A stretch of DNA of 64,000 nt from Flavobacteriales bacterium (GTDB lineage Bacteria > Bacteroidota > Bacteroidia > Flavobacteriales_F > PHOS-HE28): assembly GCA_013360395.1 (NCBI GenBank), contig JABWBQ010000018.1, positions 11,428 through 75,427 of the forward strand, given 5' to 3'. Below are positions 28,643 through 38,900 of the stretch, in pieces (the first letter of the stretch is position 1; every line of letters starts with the position of its first letter). The notes under the pieces were generated by a model. The model did no database searches and had not been told where the DNA came from. It worked only from the letters and a program-made list of their open reading frames with translations. The translations under genes were made by a program, and so were the position numbers.

Positions 28643-30438
28643 TCGGGCGGGCGCCCGGCGCTGACCTTGCTGCCGATGGCGTCGCTGGCCCCGCCCAAGG
28701 CCATGGCTTTGCGCCACTGCTCCACGGCACCGGCCTGGTCGCCCAGCGCGTAGAGGATGTCGCCGTAGTGTTCCACCACTTCGCCGCTGGTGGCCCCACC
28801 GCTGGCCAGGGCCTTCTCGATCCAGGTGCGGGCCTCCGCGTGGCGGCCCATGCGGTGCAGCACCCAGGCATAGGTGTCCTCGAAGGAGGTCTGCCCGGGG
28901 GCCAGCTTGTTGCTTTGATCGCTCATCTCCCGGGCACGCTCGAGCTTCTCCCCGCGCAGGCTCAGGTAATAGGCGTAGTTGTTGAGGGTGGTGGCGTTGT
29001 GGGGGTCCAGCCGCAGGGCCTGGTCGAAGGCCTCGTCGCTGCGGTCGTGTCGGCCGGCGGCATGGTTGGCATCGCCCAGGCTGGTCCAGAAGGAGGCCAG
29101 CAGCGGATCGTTGTCCACCACCAGGTCGCGCCCGGTGATCAGGGCCTCGATCGCCGGGTCGAAGGCCTTGAGCTGGGTCTGTGCGATCCCCAGGTAGAGC
29201 CAGGGCTCGGGGCTGGTGGGGAAGAGCTCGGTGGCGGCCTGGGCATCGTCGCGAAGACCGGCATGATCTCCGGCCTGCAGGTCCATTTGCAACACCTGCA
29301 GCCAGATGGGGAACTTGTCCCGTTCGTGGTCCAGGGCCTTGCGGAAGGCATCGCGAGCCTCGGCCATCCGGCCGTCGCGCATCAGGAAATCGCCGCGGAT
29401 GGTGCTGGGCTTGCCGCTTTCCGGATGGGTGCGCTCCAGCACGTCGATCAGGGCGTACGCGCGGCGCACCAGGTCCCTGCTTGCAGCGGTATCCCCGGTG
29501 GAGCTCAGCTCAAAGAAGCCCAGCAGCACCTGCACCTTGGGGTCCACCTCCAGGTCCGGATCGCCGAAGGCCAGGGCGAGCTGCGCGAAGGCGGGGTCCA
29601 TGTCGCCCTTGGCATAGTGGTGCTCGGCCAGGGCCAGGCGGGTCATGCTGTCGTCCGGATCGGTTTCAAGCACACGGCGGTAGAGGTCCAGGGCCTTGTC
29701 GCTCTCCCCCATCTCATCGCACAGCTCGGCCAGCATGCCCATGTAGCCCACATTGTCGGGGTCGTCCTGCAGGGCGGTCTCCAGCACCTGGCGGGCCTCC
29801 TGCAGCTTGCCGGCGTTGGCCAGCATGCCGTACTCCTGGGACACCACCTCCTCATTGTTCCCCAACCGGGCGCGGATATCCTTGAACACCTTGCGCGCAT
29901 CGTCGATGCGGCCGGCCATGGCCAGCGTGTGGGCCAACTGGAACCGCACTTCGTGCCGCTCGGGCCAGCGGTCCACGATCCCTTGGAAGGCCTCGGCCGA
30001 CCGGTCGAGCTGGCCGTACTGGCCGTAGAGGTCGGCCAACAGGAACCGGTACCAGATGTTGTCCGGGTCGGTGGCCTGTGCTTTCCGCGCCCAGGCGAGG
30101 GCCTCATTGGGCCGCTGCTGCATGTGCAGCAGCTTGGCCAGCTCGAACATGGCGGCGTGGTTGTCGGGGTCCAGCCGCAGGCATTGCTCGAAATGTGCGA
30201 CGGCCTTGCCCGGCTGGCCATTGAGGCGGGCCTGGGTGGCGTCCATGAACAGGCGCATCACACGCGCCCGCTGATCGCTGGCCTGGGTGTGGTCGCCGGG
30301 ATCGCCATGGCCGCCGGGCGGGGCCCCTACGGTGGCGTGCCGCGCGCCGCCGCAGGCCGTGGCCAGCACCAGCAGGAGGCTCAGGAGCGGAAGGGGACGG
30401 CGCATGGGCGGGGGTCCGAGGGTCGTGTCCGCGGCCAT
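28639..30438 (-). CDS. Tetratricopeptide-repeat lipoprotein (599 aa)
   Basis: Signal/lipobox (LVLATACGG) followed by multiple TPR units. Confidence 0.8.
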   Translation of the reverse strand: MAADTTLGPPPMRRPLPLLSLLLVLATACGGARHATVGAPPGGHGDPGDHTQASDQRARVMRLFMDATQARLNGQPGKAVAHFEQCLRLDPDNHAAMFELAKLLHMQQRPNEALAWARKAQATDPDNIWYRFLLADLYGQYGQLDRSAEAFQGIVDRWPERHEVRFQLAHTLAMAGRIDDARKVFKDIRARLGNNEEVVSQEYGMLANAGKLQEARQVLETALQDDPDNVGYMGMLAELCDEMGESDKALDLYRRVLETDPDDSMTRLALAEHHYAKGDMDPAFAQLALAFGDPDLEVDPKVQVLLGFFELSSTGDTAASRDLVRRAYALIDVLERTHPESGKPSTIRGDFLMRDGRMAEARDAFRKALDHERDKFPIWLQVLQMDLQAGDHAGLRDDAQAATELFPTSPEPWLYLGIAQTQLKAFDPAIEALITGRDLVVDNDPLLASFWTSLGDANHAAGRHDRSDEAFDQALRLDPHNATTLNNYAYYLSLRGEKLERAREMSDQSNKLAPGQTSFEDTYAWVLHRMGRHAEARTWIEKALASGGATSGEVVEHYGDILYALGDQAGAVEQWRKAMALGGASDAIGSKVSAGRPPE

Positions 30439-30507
30439 ACCGGCTCAATGTAGCCGGTGGTGGCCGGGATGTTCAGGGGTACAAAGGTCGCAAATCGGCG
30501 GGCCGGC

Positions 30508-31515
30508 TCAGCCCACGGCGGCATCGTCGCCCAGGCTCAGGTCCAGGGCCCGGCCGGTCACGGTGGCCCGCGCGCCGATCATGCTGTTGTCCATCACGCA
30601 GTCCTGTACACGGACCCCGCCGCGCAGGATCGAGTTCTTCACGACGCTGCCGGAGATGACCGCCCCGGCCTCGATGGACACGTTCGGCCCCACGATGCTG
30701 TTGGTCAGCGTCACGTTATCGCCGATGAAGCACGGCTCGATCACCACGCTGTTCTCCTGCTTCACGGAACCGCTCACGAGGTCCTTCGCACCCTTCAGGA
30801 AACCGAGCACCTTGGTGTTGGTGTCCACCATGGCGTTCTTGTTGCCGCAGTCCATCCACACGTCCACCGCCCCGGCCTTGAAGCGCGCGCCCTTGCGCTT
30901 CATGTTCTCCATGGCGTTGGTGAGCTGGTACTCGCCCTTCTCCTTGATGTCGTTGTCGATCAGGTACTGCATCTCCGTCCGGAGGCGCTCCCCGTCGGCG
31001 AAGTAGTAGATGCCGATGATGGCGAGGTCGCTGACGAACTCCACGGGTTTCTCCACGAACTCGGTGATGAGGTCCTTGTCGTCGAGCTTCACCACGCCGA
31101 AGGGGCGCGGGTCATCCACCTTGTTCACCCAGATCACGCCGTCGCAGTCCTTGTCCAGCTTGAGCTGGGCCCGGAAGAGGGTGTCGGCGAAGGCCACGAT
31201 CACGCGGCCGCTCAACGCGCTTTGGGCGCAGAGGATGGCATGTGCGGTGCCGAGGGCTTCCTTCTGGTAGTGGATGCTGCCCTTGCTGCCGATGGCCGTG
31301 GCGATGGACAGCAGGTCCTTCTCCACCTGGGCGCCGAAGCTGGGGTGAATGATGTAGGCCACCTCTTCCACGGGTTCGCCGGCCACGGCGGCGAGGTCCT
31401 CCACGAGGCGTTGCACGATGGGCTTGCCGGCGATGGGCAGCAGGGGCTTGGCGGTGGTGTGGGTGTGCGGGCGCATGCGCTTGCCCATACCCGCCATGGG
31501 GACGATGATCTTCAT
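30508..31515 (-). CDS. Sugar-phosphate nucleotidyltransferase with C-terminal left-handed beta-helix domain
   Basis: N-terminal NTP-transferase G-x-G-x-R-x-P-like motif (MAGMGKRMRP). C-terminal hexapeptide repeats. Confidence 0.8.
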   Translation of the reverse strand: MKIIVPMAGMGKRMRPHTHTTAKPLLPIAGKPIVQRLVEDLAAVAGEPVEEVAYIIHPSFGAQVEKDLLSIATAIGSKGSIHYQKEALGTAHAILCAQSALSGRVIVAFADTLFRAQLKLDKDCDGVIWVNKVDDPRPFGVVKLDDKDLITEFVEKPVEFVSDLAIIGIYYFADGERLRTEMQYLIDNDIKEKGEYQLTNAMENMKRKGARFKAGAVDVWMDCGNKNAMVDTNTKVLGFLKGAKDLVSGSVKQENSVVIEPCFIGDNVTLTNSIVGPNVSIEAGAVISGSVVKNSILRGGVRVQDCVMDNSMIGARATVTGRALDLSLGDDAAVG

Positions 31516-31627
31516 CTCAAGGGTCAGGGTTCACCACAGGGACACAGAGGGCACCGAGATCTGCATTGGGTCTCATTCCTCCGTGTTCTCTGTGCCTCGG
31601 TGGTGAATGTATCCGGCGCGAAGATCT

Positions 31628-32086
31628 TCATTTTGTGCCAGTATGCCCGAAGCCGCCGGCCCCGCGTGCTGACGAGGTGAGGTCGGCCGCTTCCCGCCAT
31701 TCGGCGCGCATGTACCGGGCGATCACCAACTGGGCCACCCGTTCGCCATCGTTCACGGTGAAGGCTTCTTGGCCGTGGTTGATGAGGAGCACGCCCACCT
31801 CGCCCCGGTAGTCGGCGTCAATGGTGCCGGGGCTGTTGAGCACGGTGACCCCGTGCTTGAGGGCCAGACCGCTGCGGGGGCGCACCTGGGCCTCGGTGCC
31901 TTCGGGGAGTTCCAAAAAGAGGCCGGTGGGGATCAGGGCGCGCTGGCCGGGAGCGAGCACCACCGATGCATCGAGGTTGGCGCGCAGGTCGAGGCCGGCA
32001 CTATGCGGCGTGGCGTACTGAGGCAGCGGGTGCCTGCCCTTGTTCACGATGCGGACGGGAGGCATCTCCGTGTCGGTGGCGTTCAT
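31628..32086 (-). CDS. dut: dUTP diphosphatase
   Basis: All dUTPase motifs present ([42 protein letters not shown]). Start at MNATDTEM (32086) or MPPVRIV (32065). The N-terminus lies inside direct-repeat copy 1. Confidence 0.85.
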   Translation of the reverse strand: MNATDTEMPPVRIVNKGRHPLPQYATPHSAGLDLRANLDASVVLAPGQRALIPTGLFLELPEGTEAQVRPRSGLALKHGVTVLNSPGTIDADYRGEVGVLLINHGQEAFTVNDGERVAQLVIARYMRAEWREAADLTSSARGAGGFGHTGTK

Positions 32087-32100
32087 GCGGGCAAAGGTCG
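32010..32100. repeat. Direct repeat copy 1 (91 bp, 2 mismatches to copy 2). Contains the flippase 3'-end codons and the dut start/first ~25 codons
   Basis: Aligned by eye: tggcgtactgag[g/a]cagcgggtgcctgcccttgttcacgatgcggacgggaggcatctccgtg[t/g]cggtggcgttcatgcgggcaaaggtcg. Confidence 0.8.
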
Positions 32101-32123
32101 CTGTGTACGCTACATTTGGAACT

Positions 32124-32357
32124 GTGAATGCCAAGAACCACACACTTCAGGTCGTCATCGAACACGACAAGGACGGCTACTTCGCCTTTGTGCCCGAGTT
32201 GAAGGGTTGCCATACGCAGGGCGATACGCTGGACGAGGTGATGAAGAACATCAAGGAGGCGATCGATCTGTACTGGAGCACGCTTCGTCCGGCGGAGATC
32301 AAGCGGATCACGAAACGGCGGGTGTTCACCACGTCAATGCCGGTGAGCGTTGGCTAA
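32124..32357 (+). CDS. hicB: HicB-family antitoxin, short form (N-terminal RNase-H-like fold only)
   Basis: …[46 protein letters not shown]… matches the HicB/UPF0150 consensus. GTG start at 32124 is in frame within track ORF 32040-32357. Confidence 0.7.
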   Translation: MNAKNHTLQVVIEHDKDGYFAFVPELKGCHTQGDTLDEVMKNIKEAIDLYWSTLRPAEIKRITKRRVFTTSMPVSVG

Positions 32358-32541
32358 GCAGGTGGTCCTTACGGCCAAGGAGGCCGAGAAGCTGTTGTTG
32401 AAAGCCGGGTTCGTATGGGTGCGCACGAGCGGCAGCCATCGCGTTTACATGCGAGGGAATGTGCGCGTGGTGCTGCCCTTCCATGCGGGCAGGTCGCTGC
32501 ACCCGAAGATCGTGAAAGAAGTGCTGGAGGCGACCGAGTGA
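32350..32541 (+). CDS. hicA: HicA-family mRNA interferase toxin (63 aa)
   Basis: …LLKAGFVWVRTSGSHRVYMRGNVRVVLPFH…, the YcfA/HicA dsRBD-like motif with catalytic His. 8-nt overlap with hicB. Confidence 0.75.
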   Translation: MAKQVVLTAKEAEKLLLKAGFVWVRTSGSHRVYMRGNVRVVLPFHAGRSLHPKIVKEVLEATE

Positions 32542-32775
32542 GTCTGCATCGCCGATCCTCAACTCAACGAGAAGAGGAAGCATGCTTCCGCGCCATGCCT
32601 GCGTTCACCTCCCACGCCAGTTCATCCACCTTGGCTTGGGGCACGTCCATGCCCTTGGTCAGGTCCAAGCAGCGCAGATAGTCAAGTGCGCGTGCAGATC
32701 GGTGGGGTCTATGCCTACGCTCAAGGTGATGACCACCTCGTTCTTCTCGCCGCGTGTGACCTTCAAGGCCATGCT

Positions 32776-32898
32776 TCAAAAGTAAGCGATCGCGAAACGG
32801 GACCGGTCGGCGCAGTGGGAGGTGGCGTACTGAGACAGCGGGTGCCTGCCCTTGTTCACGATGCGGACGGGAGGCATCTCCGTGGCGGTGGCGTTCAT
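32776..32898 (-). pseudogene. Truncated dut 5' fragment. The first ~26 codons are identical to dut, followed by unrelated sequence and a stop after 40 codons
   Basis: Hand translation gives [40 protein letters not shown]. Its ATG overlaps the flippase TGA stop (ATGA), exactly as the real dut start does in copy 1. Confidence 0.6.
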
Positions 32899-32912
32899 GC
32901 GGGCAAAGGTCG
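32822..32912. repeat. Direct repeat copy 2 (91 bp), 812 bp from copy 1
   Basis: See copy 1. This copy contains the true flippase stop codon. Confidence 0.8.
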
Positions 32913-34385
32913 GAGCGTTGTACGCTCCCTCCGCCATACCATCACCATAAAGAGCACGAGCACCAGCGCCCGTACCCCGTACGTCGCCACTCCCTCCAGC
33001 GGCACCTGCTCACAGCCCCACCACAACACCACCGCGCCCGCCATGTACAGCAGCACGCGCGTCACGTTGTAGGGAATAGGGTAGTGTTTCTGCCCCCACA
33101 CGTAGCTGATCGCGGCCATGCTCGCGTAGCAGATCAAGGTGGCCCACGCCGCGCCCATGTAGCCCAGCGAAGGGATCAGCGCGAAGAGCAGCACGATGGT
33201 GATGGCCGCGCCGATCAAGCTGATGGTGCTGCCCACACGCGGCCGGTCGGTGAGCTTGTACCACACGCTCTGGTTGTAATAGATGCCGAGAAAGACGTTG
33301 GCCAGCATGAGGATCGGTACCACACGCAGGCCCTCGTGGTAGGCCGGATTGGGGATGAACCACTTGAACAGGTCCAGGAAGAGCATCACCACCAGGAAGG
33401 CGCTCATGCACACGGCCACGAACACATTCATGATGCGGGCGAAGGTCTCGCGACTGTTCTTCTCCTTGGCGTGGTTGAAGAAAAAGGGCTCGGCGCCCAT
33501 GCGGAAGGCCTGGATGAAGAGCGTGATGAGTACGGCCAGCTTGTAGCACGCGCCGTAGATCCCGAGCTCACTGTCGGCGACGTCCTTGGGCAGCAGGTAC
33601 TTCAGGATCACGCGGTCGGCCGTTTCGTTCACCATGCCCGCGAGGCCGGCCACCATGAGGGGCGCCCCGAAGGCCAGCAGCGCGCGCAACAGCTCCCGGT
33701 TGAAGCCGCGGAACGCGGGCCACGACGGCAACAGCACCAGCAGCTTCACGGCAGTGCTGGCGAGGTTGATGGCGAACACATAGCCCACGCCCAGCGACGG
33801 GTCGTACACGGCGTCGATCAAGGCATCGCTGGCGCCCATGTTGTACCGCTTCATGCAGTACAGCAGGAAGAAGAGGCTGAGGGCGATGTTCACCCCCACG
33901 CTCAGCAGGTTGATGAAGGCGTACTTCCAAGGACGCCCCTGTTGCCGCAGCCGCGCCATGGGGACGGCGGTGATGGCGTCGATGCCGATGATGAGCGCGA
34001 GCATGAGCACCGAGCTCGCGTAGGCCCCGAAATGCAGGCCCTCGGCGATCTGCGCGGAGAACACGGTGCCCAGCACCATGAAGGCGAGGGCCGGGAAGAA
34101 TAGTCCCCAGGTGGCGGTACTGTACAGCACGGATCCCTGGTCGGGGTTGTCCCGCACATGGTCCTTCGCGGCGAAACGGAAGTAGGCGGTCTCCATGCCG
34201 AAGGTGAGGATCACGTTGAGCAGGGCCGTCCACGAATACAGCGCGGTGACCACGCCGTACTCCGCCGGTTCGAACACGAACTGGCTGGTGTACAGCGGCA
34301 CCAGCAGGAAGTTGAGGAAGCGCGCAACGATGCTGCTCAGCCCATAGATGGCCGTCTGTCCGGCAAGTTTTCGGAGGGCGCTCAT
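32895..34385 (-). CDS. MOP-superfamily polysaccharide/oligosaccharide flippase (Wzx/MurJ-like), 496 aa
   Basis: 12-14 TM helices and a polysaccharide biosynthesis protein N-terminus. Confidence 0.8.
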   Translation of the reverse strand: MSALRKLAGQTAIYGLSSIVARFLNFLLVPLYTSQFVFEPAEYGVVTALYSWTALLNVILTFGMETAYFRFAAKDHVRDNPDQGSVLYSTATWGLFFPALAFMVLGTVFSAQIAEGLHFGAYASSVLMLALIIGIDAITAVPMARLRQQGRPWKYAFINLLSVGVNIALSLFFLLYCMKRYNMGASDALIDAVYDPSLGVGYVFAINLASTAVKLLVLLPSWPAFRGFNRELLRALLAFGAPLMVAGLAGMVNETADRVILKYLLPKDVADSELGIYGACYKLAVLITLFIQAFRMGAEPFFFNHAKEKNSRETFARIMNVFVAVCMSAFLVVMLFLDLFKWFIPNPAYHEGLRVVPILMLANVFLGIYYNQSVWYKLTDRPRVGSTISLIGAAITIVLLFALIPSLGYMGAAWATLICYASMAAISYVWGQKHYPIPYNVTRVLLYMAGAVVLWWGCEQVPLEGVATYGVRALVLVLFMVMVWRRERTTLRPLPA

Positions 34386-34681
34386 GGCTTCAGTCGGCTC
34401 TCCGGATCCATGCGACCGTGCAGCACTCTTATGATCTCAATGGTCCGGTCCGTGTGGTCCGGTCGGTAGAACACCACATGGGATCCGGCCTTCAGGCCAA
34501 GGTAGCCTAGGCGAACATGGCCGAAAGTCTTGCCAGCACCGGGGTCGCGCTTGATGCGGTCGAAGGCATCGAGGATCAAGCGTACATACCGGTCGGCCTG
34601 TTCCACTGACCAATGCTCGACCGTGTACAGCCAGATGCCCTCGAGGTCATCGGCCGCAGCACGGCTGACGATCAGCCTCAT
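34382..34681 (-). CDS. parE: ParE/RelE-family toxin
   Basis: Typical ParE sequence (…AADDLEGIWLYTVEHWSVEQADRY…IEIIRVLHGRMD). 4-nt overlaps with the parD stop and with the flippase start. Confidence 0.8.
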   Translation of the reverse strand: MRLIVSRAAADDLEGIWLYTVEHWSVEQADRYVRLILDAFDRIKRDPGAGKTFGHVRLGYLGLKAGSHVVFYRPDHTDRTIEIIRVLHGRMDPESRLKP

Positions 34682-34929
34682 CCCTTCCTGGCGTGCTTCT
34701 GGTGAAGGCCCTTCAGGAAGGTGTCCCCATCAAAGTCGGGCATGAACCCGGAGCGCTCCCCCTTCTTCAACTCCTTGATCAGGCTTTCCTTCCTCGTTTC
34801 CTCCACCTCGAACAGCCGCAGCGCCGCACGGATCACTTCGCTTACGGAGGTGAACCTGCCGGACTTCACTTGCTTGGCCACGAACGATTCGAAGTGGTCG
34901 CCCAGGAGAATGGATGTGTTCTTGCCCAT
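34678..34929 (-). CDS. parD: ParD-family (CC2985-type, RHH) antitoxin
   Basis: MGKNTSILLGDHFESFVAKQVKSGRFTSVSEVIRAALRLFE matches the ParD antidote family. Confidence 0.75.
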   Translation of the reverse strand: MGKNTSILLGDHFESFVAKQVKSGRFTSVSEVIRAALRLFEVEETRKESLIKELKKGERSGFMPDFDGDTFLKGLHQKHARKG

Positions 34930-35128
34930 GGTTCAGTGATCAACGCGAAGATACCATGATCTGGTATTACCGGAACCGCAAGGCTGGAGGACCGGCGAGT
35001 TTTCGGAGGGCGCTCAAGACAGTGGAAGTTCGACCACGGATGAACCCAAATGGACACAGCTGGAGAGGCCGGGGTGCATCACCGACCGATGGATATCGGA
35101 TCCGTGTTCACCCGTGCCCATCTGTCGT

Positions 35129-35911
35129 TCAAGCACCCGTGAAATCCGCCTTGCGCTTCTCCATGAACGCGCTCGTCCCCTCCTTGAAATCAGGTGTGCC
35201 GAAGCACTTGCCGAACTCCTCGATCTCGCGCTGCATGCCGTTCACACCGGGTTCGTAACCGGCGTTCACCGCGCGGATGGCGGCGGCGAGCGCGGTGGGG
35301 CTGTTCTTCAGGATGGCGCCGGCCAGCTCGTTGCATTTCGCCGTCAACTGGTCCTGGGGTACCACGTGGCTCACCAGGCCCCATTGCAGGGCTTCATCGG
35401 CCTTGATCATGCCGGCGGTGAAGATCATCTCCATGGCCTTGCCCTTGCCCACCAGTCGGGCCAGGCGCTGTGTGCCGCCGTAGCCGGGGATCACGCCGAG
35501 CGAGACCTCGGGCAGGCCCATGCGGGCGTTGTCGCTCGCCACGCGGATGTGGCAGCTCATGGCCAGCTCCAGTCCACCGCCGAGCGCAAAGCCGTTCACC
35601 GCGGCGATCACCGGCTTGCTCATGTTCTCCACATGATCGAAGAGTTTGCGTTGTCCATCGGCGCTGAGCGCGCGGCCTTCCTCCACGCTGAAGTGGGCGA
35701 ACTCCTTGATGTCGGCACCCGCCACGAAGGCCTTGGGACCGCTGCCGGTGATGATCAGGACGCGGACCTTCTTGTCGGCATCAGCTTCGCTCAGAGCGCG
35801 ATCCAGTTCATCGATGGTGGCGCGGTTCAGCGCGTTGAGCTGGTCGGGGCGGTTGATGGTGATGGTGCGGATGCCCTCGGCATCGGACACCAGGAGGTTA
35901 TGGTATGACAT
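35129..35911 (-). CDS. Enoyl-CoA hydratase/isomerase (crotonase family)
   Basis: Crotonase fold motifs (…AFVAGADIKEF…, …NGFALGGGLELAMSCHIRVA…). Confidence 0.85.
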   Translation of the reverse strand: MSYHNLLVSDAEGIRTITINRPDQLNALNRATIDELDRALSEADADKKVRVLIITGSGPKAFVAGADIKEFAHFSVEEGRALSADGQRKLFDHVENMSKPVIAAVNGFALGGGLELAMSCHIRVASDNARMGLPEVSLGVIPGYGGTQRLARLVGKGKAMEMIFTAGMIKADEALQWGLVSHVVPQDQLTAKCNELAGAILKNSPTALAAAIRAVNAGYEPGVNGMQREIEEFGKCFGTPDFKEGTSAFMEKRKADFTGA

Positions 35912-35929
35912 CAGGTCAAAAGTATCCGG

Positions 35930-38900
35930 CTATCGGGTAAGGGGGATGGTGATGCTGAACGTGGTGCCCTCGTCCACGTTCGTGGAGAAGCTCACACTCC
36001 CACCCGCCTGTTCCACCATGCGCTTCACCATGGCCAGGCCCAGGCCCATGCCGCTGCCCTTGGTGGTGAAGCTGGGGGTGAAGATGCGCTCGCGCACCTC
36101 TTCGGCGATGCCCGTGCCGTTGTCGCGCACCTCCACCACGGCGCGGTCGCCGGACCGGAACGCGACCACTTCGATGCGGCCCGGTCGACCATCGGGGATC
36201 GCCTGCACAGCGTTCTTCAGCAGGTTGTTCAACACGCGCAGCATGTGCTCCCGGTCGGCCATGACGGGCAGTTCCGGGGGTTCGGGCACGGTGATGGTGG
36301 TGCCGGGGGTGGCCTGGAAGACGGCCGTGGCGGCACGCAGAACCTCGCGCAGGTCGAGGGGTTCCGGTCGGGCGGGCGGCATCTGCGCGAACTGGCCGAA
36401 GGCGGTGGCCACACCGTTCAGCGCATCGATCTGTTGCACCAGGCCCGCACTGAGTTTTTCCAGCCTCTCCCGCGCATCGGGCGCGGCCGGGTCCCAGCTG
36501 CGCTGGAACTGCTGGATGCTCAGCTTCATGGGGGTGAGCGGGTTCTTGATCTCGTGCGCCACCTGGCGGGCCATTTCGCGCCAGGCGCTCTCGCGTTCGC
36601 TGCGGGCGAGCTTCTCGGCACTGGCCCGCAACTCCTCCACCTTGCGGTTGTACACTTCCACGAGCCGGCCCACCTCGTCCTCGCCCCGGTACCGCAGGGG
36701 CACATTGGCCCCGGTGAGCGCCACGCGCGCCAGGCTCTCCTTGAGGCGGTCCAGCGGACGGGCCGTCCAGTTGCTGATGAACACGGCGACACCGACGCTC
36801 AGGGCGAAGAACAGGACGAACAGGTTGACCACCGCCACGAGCACCGAGGCGCGTTCGCGGTCCTGCAACGCCTGGTCGGCGAAGGAGGGCAGGCCCAGGA
36901 AACCGAGCAACACGCCCTGATCGTCGCGCAGGGGCATGTAGGCCGTGCGGTGAAGGGCTCTGCCCAGGGATTCGTCGTGCACATAGGCGTTGGCCCCGCC
37001 GAGCACCACTTTCAGATAAGCGGCCGGGTCCATGCGACGGCCCAGGAGACCCGCATTGAAGAGCTGCGGCCGCGAGGAGGACAGCAGGCGTCCATCACGA
37101 CGGTACACGTGGATGTCCGTGAAGAACACGTTGCTGAGCCGTCCCAGCAAGTGGTCCAGGTAGGCGTCGGTGCTGCCCTTGAGGGGCCCCGCGCCGTCCA
37201 GCCGGCGTTGCAGCTCGGCATGCACGCTGCGGGTCTTCTCCAGCAGGGCAGCGGTACTGCGTTCCTCGTAGGAGCGCTCCAGCAAGCGGCGCGCACCGAG
37301 CCCGAAGAACACCAGCCCCAGGAGCGAGAAGCCCACCAGGGCGAGCCGCACCTTGCCCGCGATGGTGAGCCCGGGCAGGCCCTGGTTGCGGACCAGGGCG
37401 CGCACCACGATGGCCAGGCCCAGCATCAGGCTGAGGAAGGCGAACAGGTAGCTGAACCCGGTGGCCCGGTCCAGCCAGCGCGCGGGCGGCACGCGCAGCA
37501 CCACCAGGGACCGGACCGGGTCGCCGTAGGCCCGCACCCCCTGTGGTGTGCGCAGGCTGTCCCAGCGCACCGGCAGCGGGCCCGCCCCCGTCTGCTCCAC
37601 CAGCTGTCCATCCTCGTACCGCCCCCAGTCGTACCGGTCCACGCGCTGGTCCAGCGGATCGCGACCGGCGAGCAGCAATTCGGGGAACCCAAGCCCCTCG
37701 GGCACCAGGCGAGGGTGCAGTTCCAACACGAGCTGCGCGGGCTCCAGGGTGTCCGCAGGCATGATGGCCAGTCTCGCGTGGCGATAGGTGCGGCCGGCCT
37801 CGTCGGTGGATTGGTGCAGGTCCGGCATGTCGGCCGCAGCCAGCACCCGCAGGCCTTGGGTAAGTGGGCCCGTGCCCGCCGTGGGCAGGGCGGCATCGGT
37901 GGCGCAGCGCAGGCGGCCGTCGGTGCCGTAAGCGAAGAGGCGCACATCGTAGCGCTCCCAGTACCCGGTGAAACGTTCCTGCCGCACGGTGCGGTCCAGG
38001 TCGGCCGCGGTGCATACGGCCGTGTCCGTGAGCAGGCGGTAGAGGGCCGGGTCCGTGCGCAGGCTGGGGGCCACTTCGCGGAAGAGCAGCTCCACCACCG
38101 GGTCCTCCTGGGTCAACAGTCGTTCGGCCACCGCCTGCCGGGTGCGCTCCTCGCGTGCATCGACCGCCCTCGCGATCACCTGGGCGCACAGGGCCGCGAT
38201 CACCGAAAGCGCGAGAACGGCCTCGGTGAAGCCAGGACGGCGTGTGCGCAAGGAGAGGGCCAGCGCGAGCAGGGGCAACGACCAGAAAGCCTCCAACAGG
38301 CCCGGGGGCGCGGAGGGCCAGCGCAGGGCCAGGTTGAGGACAAAGGCGATGGCCAGCCCGATGGTGTTGTGCGCCAGGGTCTGCCGGTGCACGAGCCGCG
38401 CCCACAGGTCGGCCAGCAGGCACCAGGCAGCGAACAGCAGGGCCACGGCGCCGAGGGCCAGGAAGCTGTACCGGTCGAAGGCCTCGATGTGGCGCAGGTC
38501 GAGTTCGATGCGGCTGTCGCTCACCAGCCCTTGGACGATGTTCGTGAGCATGTCCGCCGCCAGCAGTAATGCCAGCGGGAGGAGCACGGTGCCCAGGCGC
38601 CCGGCCCTCCCTTGTGGTGGCAAGGGTTCGCGGAAGGCGATCCGCAGATAGGCCGCGACCAGCACCAAGAACACGGCGTGGATGAGCAGGTCGCCCAAAG
38701 AGGGCAGCCAGGCCGAACTGGCATAGAGCCCTGGATCGAAGACCCGGAAAAGGCCTTGGTCCGGCAGGTTGCCGAAGCTGATACCCGCCCATCGCAGCAC
38801 CAACAGCACCACCGGGAACAGCGTTGCGCCGGCCCAAGGACCGTGGTCCCGCTGCACGCGCACCGCCAGTCGCCAGGTGGTCAGGATCAGCAGGACCAGG

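Noticed and set aside
31769-33072. Two plus-strand ORFs sharing the peptide [28 protein letters not shown]
   Set aside because: They are antisense translations of the two 91-bp direct-repeat copies (dut 5' region), not a paralogous protein family.
36245-38569. 774-aa plus-strand ORF antisense to the histidine kinase, plus many 200-800-aa ORFs in 37-40 kb
   Set aside because: Same shadow-frame artefact. Only the HK frame has recognisable domains.
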